Under the pieces are notes generated by a model. It ran no database searches. It saw only the letters and a list, made by a program, of their open reading frames with translations, and was not told where the DNA came from. A DNA stretch of 64,000 nt from contig CM119267.1 of the NCBI GenBank assembly GCA_051294375.1, positions 15,230,105 to 15,294,104 on the forward strand, written 5' to 3'. Below are positions 55,601 to 64,000 of this stretch, piece by piece. Each line of letters begins with the position of its first letter. Position 1 is the first letter of the stretch. This stretch comes from Paraspadella gotoi. Taxonomy: Eukaryota; Animalia; Chaetognatha. Made by a program: the position numbers and the translations under genes.

Positions 55601-57800
55601 TGCATCATGTTCGAACTCTACCTGGGCATGACCCTCTTCCAGACCCACGACAACCTGGAGCACCTGGCCATGATGGAGCGCATCCTGGGGCCCATCCCCT
55701 ATCGGATGGCCAAGAGGAGTCGGAAGACCAACTACTTTTGGCGCGGGCGGTTGGATTGGGACGAGCGCAGCGCCGCCGGGCGGTACGTGCGGGAAAACTG
55801 TAAGGCGCTCAAGCGGTACGCCACCTCGGACGACGAGGATCACCGCCTGCTCTTCGATCTCATCGAGAAGATGCTCGAGTACACCCCCGAGGAGCGCATC
55901 CCGCTCCGCGAGGCCGTCGGACACGCCTTCTTCGACAAGCTGACGCCGGAGGAGCGCGACGTCGGCGGCACCACCGCCGCCGCCCGACAGAGGGCGCAGG
56001 CGATGATGGGCTCGCAGCCGCGGATCAGCAGGTAGAAGGAGAAGGTGAGAATTGTGGAGCGTGAGTCTCTCTCTCTCTCTCTCTTTTTCTCTCACATTGC
56101 AGGGCCAATTATTTAATTTTTCCCCCCTTTTCAGGACATCGGTTCTTCACGGAAAAAAATGAACTTGAATTAAAAAAAAATGTTCAGCTTGCGAAACGCT
56201 TTTGATTGATTGATTGGTTTTTGTTCATTCTCTCCTTCCCAATCGGACAACGACGACAACATCCCACCCCCCCCCCCCAGAAAAGACAACCCAAAAATGA
56301 CGACCGGAACCCCCCAAAAAAATAATCACGTGCCTTACTCAGAATAAAAAAAAGCAAATAAACCAAAAAACTATTTTAGAGTAGTCATTATTTATTTTGA
56401 CGACGTAGAACGCTGGTTTCTCTTCTTTTTTTTTTCTATATTTTTTTATTCTGATTCGTTTTCGTTGGTCGTTGACTTTTTCGTTCAGCGACTCAAACGT
56501 AATTAAATCGAGACACTCATCGTCATCATCATCATTTTCATCATCATCATCCTCGCCAATTTCCCCCACTGCATGATGCATGATTTTTTTTTTTTTTTTT
56601 TTTTTGGCTGCTTGTTTTTTCTTTCTCTTTTGAATATTTTTTTAATAAAAAAAAATTTAGTATTCAAATATATTAATAGGAGAAAAAATATGTTTTAATT
56701 TTGTCGGAGACGAACCCATTTTTGTTTTCGAGCGCCGACGACGTTGAAGGCGAGATTTTGTATGTTTAATGTTATATTAAATCTTTAATTATTGAATTTA
56801 CGAATTGGTCGAATTCTTTTTCTGACTATCATCGGGTGTGTGATCCTTAATTTAAATTTTATTTTGTTAATGCTACATTATTAACACACAATGCCAAATA
56901 GGTATTTCTTTTTTCTAAGAGCTTTCGTTTGGATATTAATGTTAAAGCCTTAAATTCTAAAAACTATGCTTTCTTGCCTTAAAAAAATACAAAACGAAAA
57001 CACCATGACAGTATTGATATTTAATATTCATTGTCCGACGAAACTTTTTTCTACTGACTGTTCGTTACAAATAATTCATATTGAACAAGTTTGAAAGTAA
57101 AATAAATAAAGTTTGTTTATTACCGTTTTGAATTATTTTTTTTTTATTTTTTCAGGTCGATCAATGAGATATCTTTATTTATTTAAAATAAATGTCGGTT
57201 ACAAAAAAAAGTTATAATTCCTTAAGGTCGGTCCGACGAGTATTTCTTTTGTTTTTCTTTTCGGCAAAATCAAAGTTTTTCGCCCTCTTTCGAACCGATT
57301 TTTAACGAAGACAAACTTTTTTTTTGGAGCACTATTAATATTATCATTTCTTTAGCGGTGTGAAAATTGAATTTTCAAAGGGTAACGTTAAAAGACATCC
57401 GGTATTAGGGTATGGACTCCTTCACACCAAGACAAATTTCTGTCACCATCACAGAAAAATACTAAAAACCGTGTTTCTTTCCGAGTGCACGACTCGCTAA
57501 TCATTTTGAGTTTCTTTTACATCATCATAGGACCTATGGATGATGTTTATCGAGAGAACTCTCTCCAAACGGTCAAAAACCTGCAAGCCGACACTAAAAG
57601 TAAAGCTAAACATGTCATTAGTTTTTTCTATTTTTTTTTTTACAAAATTTTTAATTACAAACTAGAGTTGAGATAATTATAAATTTAGGCGATTGTAAAT
57701 AGCTACTAAGACGAAATAGTTTGAATCCTGCCGCGCGATCAGATCCAAGCAAAAAAAAAAACAAACCAAAAACAAAAACAGAGCGAATTAACATTAATAA

Positions 57801-59384
57801 TCAGGGTAAATTCTCGTAACCTCTCTTATCCTCGTAACGTCTGTTTGCCGTTGGGTTCAGATTTTTCTGTCTCAAAGATAACGAATTCGCGCGACCCACT
57901 TTCCTCGGAACCTCGAAAACTTCGTCCTCTTCCTCTTCCTCCTCCTCTTCCTCCCCGTCATTCCGCATCTCCTGGAAGATCTCGATGATGGTGGCGCCAA
58001 CGACGGCGCCCATGACGAGCGCGGCGCCGCCCATAGTGCTCCAAGTCGGCACCGTCCCGTTGAAGAGGAAATCGAGAAAGTAGCCGAAGGGAATCTCCAA
58101 AGTGCTGACGAGGGTCACGGTCGTCGCCGTCGACACTTTGAGCGAGAGGGTGCAGAAGACGGCGCCGAGGACGTCGATGACGCCGGAGACGATGGCGGCG
58201 CCGTAGTCCTGGGCCAGCGCGGCGCCGGGGAAGCGGAATCCGTTGTAGAGATAAGTGAGAGGAGGAAGGACCTGTGAAAGATGCGTGAAGTTAAATTCGA
58301 TTGTAAATAAATTGTTCACTTCAGACATATTTAAGTTTTCGGTTCGTTGTTCTCCGAAATTCAGAATCGTAGTTAAGTATTTTCAACTTTTTAAATACAA
58401 TTAAATATATACATTTTAGATAATTTTACCCTGTTTTCCCGAAATAAGTGGAGGAAACTGTAAAAACATTTAGATTAAAATAAAAGTAAAAGTAAAGAAA
58501 GTTTACAGGAAATATTGAATTTCGTTTCTCCCTGTCGGTGACATCACCCTCACCGCCTCATGCTCACCGACGTAGTCACTTCCTCTCTCCCTCTCTCCCT
58601 CACTCCCTCCCTCTCTCCCTCTCTCCCTCACCAAGAGAGCGGCGGGAACGAAGTAAAACTCGATGATGGCCCAACGGACGTGACTCAACTGTCCCACGAT
58701 AATGTAACAGGCGGTGAGAGCGACGGCGTTACCCATCGCGCATGCGTATCCCGTCGTCACCGAATTCGTCGATGATTTGTGGACGGAATTCGTCGACCCC
58801 ATCAACGTCCGAGGGAAGACGGTTGTGGGGGCGGTTGTAGTTGTTGTCGTCGTCGTCATCGTCGTCGTGGAAATATCCGCGAAGACGAAACTAGGTCTCG
58901 TGATTAACACGACCCCGACGATGGCCATCACTACGAAGAGGAAACGCAGTACGACGTGGCGCCAGCACCACGGACCGGCGCCGCCTCCTCGTCCGAAAAT
59001 CCGGCGCCACGCCCATCCGGCGCCTTCCACCGCCGCCACCATCAACACGCTGGTGCTCCAGATGGTGATGACGTCGCCGAGCGGCGCCATCATCACCGCG
59101 ATGACGACGAAGGCGTGGCAGAAGAGATCGCTGGCGCCGGCAAGGAGGAGCAACGTCACGTCTCTCCATCCCGGCGCCAAGGGGTTTTGCCGCGAATAGA
59201 CGACGACGGGAACGATGATGGCGGCGTAGCAGGCCACGCCCACCCAGACGAAGGTGGCGGCGTCGAGTCGCGGCGTCACCGTCACCAGGAGTTCCGAATA
59301 GGAGAGGCAAGCGACGTAGACGAAAGCGAGTAGAGGACCGACGCCGGGAAAGAGGCGGACGTTCTCGAGGGAGGAGCGGGACAT
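57801..59384 (-). CDS. EamA/DMT-superfamily transporter (SLC35G-like), 407 aa. Exons: 59384-58632, 58271-57801
   Basis: About ten hydrophobic segments in two repeats; motifs AVMMAPLGDVITI, GVVLITRPSFVF, GYACA, STLEIPFGY..DFLF.GTVPTWSTMGGAALV. Donor TTG|GTGAGG and acceptor TTTCACAG|GTC, both phase 0. Confidence 0.85.
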
Positions 59385-60529
59385 GGCCGGGTGGGGATGA
59401 GGTGGGGCGGAGTGGCGGTAGGTGGTGGAAGGGTAGAGGAGGGAGGGGTGAAGCGGACGCGGGGAGACGATGCGGAGACTGAATGATTTTCTGGAAAGAG
59501 GGAGCGATGTACTTAGACTAAACGTGATAGTCACATTGGAAAATTATTTTTTTATGAAAAAAATAATTTGAAAATTTGAAAACGTGTGTGAAGTTAATTT
59601 CAAACCCAGGTTTTAAAATTACATAAAAAAAGTACAAAAAACGATTTATTGTGTCTGATTTTTGAGTACGAGAAAAGCGGAATCAAAAAGTCATATACTG
59701 TGTTGTTGTTGTTGTCTGGACAGAAAGTTTGCTCACGACGCTATTTACAAACAAAGTCACGTGAATAATCTCGAGATATCTTTTTGCGGAGCAGATTTCT
59801 TAACCTAATTTTCGTGAGGAGCGAATGTGATTTTGAGCGCGAATTAGTTAGGCCCCGTTGGGGACACGAGCGAGTCTGTTTTGGGTTCCGTGTGATTAGT
59901 AAACGAGACACTGATCGGTTATCACTGAGACACTCACTTCACAAATCGCGATCATCGAAAGGTTTACGACTTCTGTTCAGATGTTTCACCCTCGAAAATT
60001 CTCATTCGTGAAAAATGTTTTTGTGGGGGGAGAAATATTGGGTTTTAATTATCCCGCGGTACGCAAAAAATCGTGAATGCAGAAAGAACAAAGCCCTTCT
60101 CAGGCCTACTTTCAAAAATTGAAATTCGATCTAATCTCCAGAGATTAACTTTTCATTTCGTATCGTTTTAAAAAAAGATATCAGTCGGAAAGTCTCAAAA
60201 CGAAACTAAATCCGTTTGCATATTTTGTTTTCAGATATTTCGACGGGAAGTTACTAGTCAGTAGTCACCCAGATACTATTTCACGTGTAATAACTTTTTC
60301 TCTCCATTCTTTTCGCCTAAACCTTAAAACGTTAGGATAGAAGTTGTTCAACCTTTTAAACCATTCCATCACATCAGAAAGTAACCATGTGACCCGACCA
60401 GTGGCAACCGGCAATCGGTCATGCGACGCGAAACGCAAAACTCGGACAAAACTGGCCTCGTTTCAATAAAACGCGACGAGTGACGAATGAGACGACGATA
60501 GACGCGCGCCGGTTGTCAAGGAGACGAGA
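59385..60529. promoter_or_regulatory. Probable shared (divergent) promoter region between the EamA gene and the type II membrane protein gene
   Basis: Head-to-head start codons about 1.15 kb apart with CpG-containing intervening DNA; no specific element identified. Confidence 0.35.
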
Positions 60530-63500
60530 ATGAGCGTCAGTAACAGACGACGCGTTCATTGGCTGCAGAAAGGGGAAGAAAATGACAAAGAAGGAGAAGA
60601 GAGCGGTATTTAGGTGGACGGGGTCCGAGATGAGATTAGGTTAGATTTAAAGTTAAATTCTTGCTTAAATGTTATGTTTCAATTGGACTTTGATAATATT
60701 TTTTTCTATCTTTGTCTCTTTTTCGTTCACGCTCCTTCTCTCTGGAATCCGGATTCTTTATTACCTTCCTCGACAGTCCGTTAAAATATTCAAGGCTCTC
60801 TCACTCCCTCTTCCCTACTTATTCTCCCAAAGTCCGTTAAAATATTTATCGACTCATTATCCTCGATCTTAGGCTCATTTTTTGGCATTTAGAGCCATAT
60901 TTGTCATTGAAGAAAAGTGGTTAAATCAGTCTTATTTAAAAAAAACTTATTTAGTCAGATTTAAGTGAGATCAGAATGCGATGAAAATATAACCTTTCTT
61001 TGGACCGTAGAGAAGTGCCAATTCAAATATGTGCAACAAAGTAAACCTTGTTCCACGTACTTATAAATTCTTGGAAGGGCCTGTAATTTCCGATGTTGTA
61101 TCTTGTACGTTTTGGTATGAAGTCAATTACTCCATGAACAACCGCTTGGCATCATAGGACTGTAAAATATAATGATGTCAGATCAAATGAACCAACGTTA
61201 AACCAGGCGATGATTAAAGCAAATGTGAAACAAAAATATATGGAGACTAATGCGTAGCAAAAATATTAAAATCAAGTAGAATCCAAATTCGAATAGTAGA
61301 TCATGAACAAGCTTATACCTATTTTTTTATTTTTAAATTTTCGCATTATCCCATAGTACTTACCATAGAAAATGTTAAAATTTTAAAAATTTTTTTCTTA
61401 TTTATGAATGCAGACTCGAATTCCTAACAAAATATAACTTTTTAAAAAGTTATGTCATTAAGTGGGTCAAAATCCTTAAAAAAAATTATAGTTAACCTAT
61501 AATTAAATTTTAGTATAAAAAATATAGTTTTTTACTTAATGAAAGAATGTTTGATTAAGACTTATATTTTCTTTTATGAACTTTTTATGAAGAATTCGAA
61601 TATGCTTTCAAAATTAAGAAAAAACTATTTTAAAAGTTTAAAATTTTCAATAGCGAGTACTAACGACAAAGTATAAATATGGGCTAATGCGAAAAAATGA
61701 TACAAGACTGTTCATGATCAACTATTAGAATTTTGATCAGCAACTTTCACTACGCNNNNNNNNNNCTTCGGCTCATTTTTTGGGCATTTAGAGCCATATT
61801 TGTCATTGAAGAAAAGTTGTTAAATCAGTCTTATTTAAAACAACTTATTTTGTCAGATTTAAGTGAGAGCAGAATGCAATTAAAATATAACCTTTCTTTG
61901 GACCGTAGAGAAGTGCCAATTCAAATATGTGCAACAAAGTAAACCATGTTCCACGTACTTATAAATTCTTGGAAGGGCCTGTAATTTCCGATGTTGTATC
62001 TAGTACGTTATGGTATAAAGTCAATTACGCCATGAACAACCGACTGGCATCATAGGACTGTAAAATGTAATGATGTCAGATCAAATGAACCAGCGTTAAA
62101 CCAGGCGATGATAAAAGCAAATGTGAAACAAAAATATATTGAGACTAATGCGTAGCAAAAATATTAAAATCAAGTAGAATCCAAATTCGATAGTAGATCA
62201 TGAACCTGTGAACATTTTGAAATAAAAAAAAATTATTTTTTTATTTTTCAATTTTCGCATTAGCCCATTGTACTTACCATAGAAAATGTTAAAATTTTAA
62301 AATGTTTTTTTCTCTTTATGAATGCAGATTCGAATTCCTAACAAAATATAACTTTTTAAAAAGTTATGTCATTAAGTGGGTCAAAATCCTAAAAAAAATT
62401 TATAGTTAACCTATAATTAAAGTTTAGTATAAAAAATATAGTTTTTTACTTAATGAAAGAAGGTTTGATTAAGACTTATGTTTTCTTTTATGAACTTTTT
62501 ATATTAGGAATTCGAATATGCTTTCAAAATTAAGAAAAAACTATTTTAAAATTTGAACATTTTCAATAGCGAGCACTAACTACAAAGTATAAATATGGGC
62601 TAATGCGAAAATTGATACAAGACTGTTCATGATCAACTAATAGAATTTTGATCAGCAACTTTCACTACGCCTTAATGGAGACATACTACGTAGAATTAAA
62701 TATTCATTGGCTAGAAAAGTAAGGACTAAAAGAGTAGCAGGCGATGTTTAACTACCATTTAATTTAAAATTCCTCCCCCAATTTTCTCCCATCCCCCCCC
62801 TCTCGTTCAAAGTCTCCATTTCTCTCAACCCGGAAGAACCTTCCAACATCAACTCCAAGTCCAACGCCGCCGCCGACGTCGACGAAGACGACGACAAAAT
62901 CTACGCGGTGGAGGACGACGAAGACGACGACGCCGGTGGCGGCGAAACGGACCAAGCGATCGAAGCGCCACCAGTGGACGAAGACGATCGCAACGTCAAC
63001 AAAGACGGCAAGAGGAAGAAGAAGAGCGATTGCGTCGCTATTAGGTAATTGAAGGAGTGGGCGTGGTTGTGGAAAGTTGGCGTGGTTGTTGAGGAAGTGG
63101 GCGTGGTTGTGGTGAGGCTGCCGTGGTTTTTGGGAGAGGTGTGCGGGGTTGTGTTCGTGGAAACTCTGGGAAATAAGTTGACGAAAGGGATCTTTTGGGT
63201 TGTTTTTTTTACCAAAAAACGACGATAAGGACCCCAATGTCATCCGTAAATATTTTTTAAAGAGAATTTATATTACAGAATCAATAAATCAATAAATCAT
63301 TAAGTCGAATAAACAACATATCAATAAATAATTCAGTAAAAGCAATTAATTATTAAATTGGAAATAATCAATAAATCGATAAACAATAGCTAAATCAATC
63401 ATGTAAACAATCATTAAAAAAATCACTATCGATCAATCAAGCAATCGAACATATCTATTAGAAAACTAGAACAGATTGTAATCTAACCTTGTGTTGTATA

Positions 63501-64000
63501 GACGCTCCCTCTATTTCCAGAAGACAACACTGACTTCCCGTTCCCAAATTGAATTATTAGAAAACATTTTTAAGAAAGAATATATATTTGATTAAATAAT
63601 ATAAATTGACCATAAATTAAATTTTCATATCAAGGATCGTGAACACGGTGATCATCTTCGTCGTGACGAGCGCCTTCATCTGCGGCCTCCTCGTCACTTT
63701 CTACCAAGAGGCCGTCGACGTCAACGGTCGCCGACGTTCTCTCAAACCTTCCCTCTACCAGATCTCCAACGACAGCCTCAAGCCGAACGCCCCCGGCGCC
63801 GATTCCAACGCGAGCAGCGCGGAAACTTGGATCGAAAGGCCCGGATCCGATGCGAGGAAATTTAACTCTGGCGCCGGAAATGGATATTTATCAAGCATCA
63901 ATCGTTATCCCGTAAAGTACAAGCATCGCCGCGTAGAACACGTGCATCATAACGGAGCGGACAAGCGTGTCGTCTTGTCAATTAGGCGAAATGACGAATT
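60530..64000 (+). CDS. Type II single-pass membrane protein, 3'-truncated. Candidate exons: 60530-60605, 62813-63044, 63635->64000
   Basis: Phases join (1 then 2): MSVSNRRRVHWLQK...acidic tract...KRKKKSDCVAIR-IVNTVIIFVVTSAFICGLLVTFYQE (TM segment), then a frame open to the window end with NDS/NAS sequons. Family not identifiable. Confidence 0.65.
60868..62670 (+). repeat. ~0.9-kb tandem duplicate (60868-61755 and 61766-62670) straddling a 10-N gap
   Basis: Both copies run ctt.ggctcattttt...caactttcactacgc and differ by scattered substitutions plus one short indel block. Confidence 0.95.
62149..62671. mobile_element. Non-autonomous TIR element (MITE-like) with ~200-bp imperfect inverted repeats; also in the first duplicate copy (61251-61755)
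   Basis: Left blocks gcgtag / gatcatgaac / tcaattttcgcattagcccat / gaaaatgtt.aaattttaaaat / attcgaattccta recur as reverse complements at the right end; right flank TTAA, left flank CTAA. Confidence 0.65.

Noticed and set aside
54479-56095. 538-aa antisense ORF over the kinase and similar overlapping ORFs in INPP4 and EamA exons
   Set aside because: Expected from high GC3 codon bias, which removes antisense stops; no recognisable domains.
60868-62670. 0.9-kb tandem duplication as a biological event
   Set aside because: The copies abut a 10-N scaffold gap exactly and differ like alleles; most likely an unmerged haplotype overlap.

Overview
Animal (bilaterian-type) nuclear DNA with GT-AG spliceosomal introns; no prokaryotic features, RNA genes or CRISPR arrays seen. 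The first 33 kb is one huge, 5'-truncated ankyrin gene: 12 exons in the window, splicing in frame to 27,288 nt, i.e. 9,095 aa plus stop. It has the canonical 24-repeat membrane-binding domain followed by 16 extra copies of an 8-repeat cassette (repeats 17-24), about 150 ANK repeats in all. Then come a divergent ZU5-ZU5-UPA module and a ~2,800-aa E/K-rich giant tail with internal tandem repeats and two giant-ankyrin-type extended LIR motifs. There is no recognisable death domain, and the protein ends in an Ig I-set domain. Downstream lie a 14-exon INPP4-family phosphatase with an atypical CX5R loop (CVNGRDR), a CLK/Doa LAMMER kinase with two candidate alternative first exons and an intronless kinase exon, a 2-exon EamA/SLC35G-like transporter on the minus strand, and the start of a type II membrane protein. 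The window splits into an AT-rich, CpG-poor ankyrin gene body and a CpG-rich, (AG)n-microsatellite-rich remainder. Two tandem duplications next to N-gaps are probably assembly artefacts. All gene models were derived by eye from splice-site and phase consistency, with no database searches.
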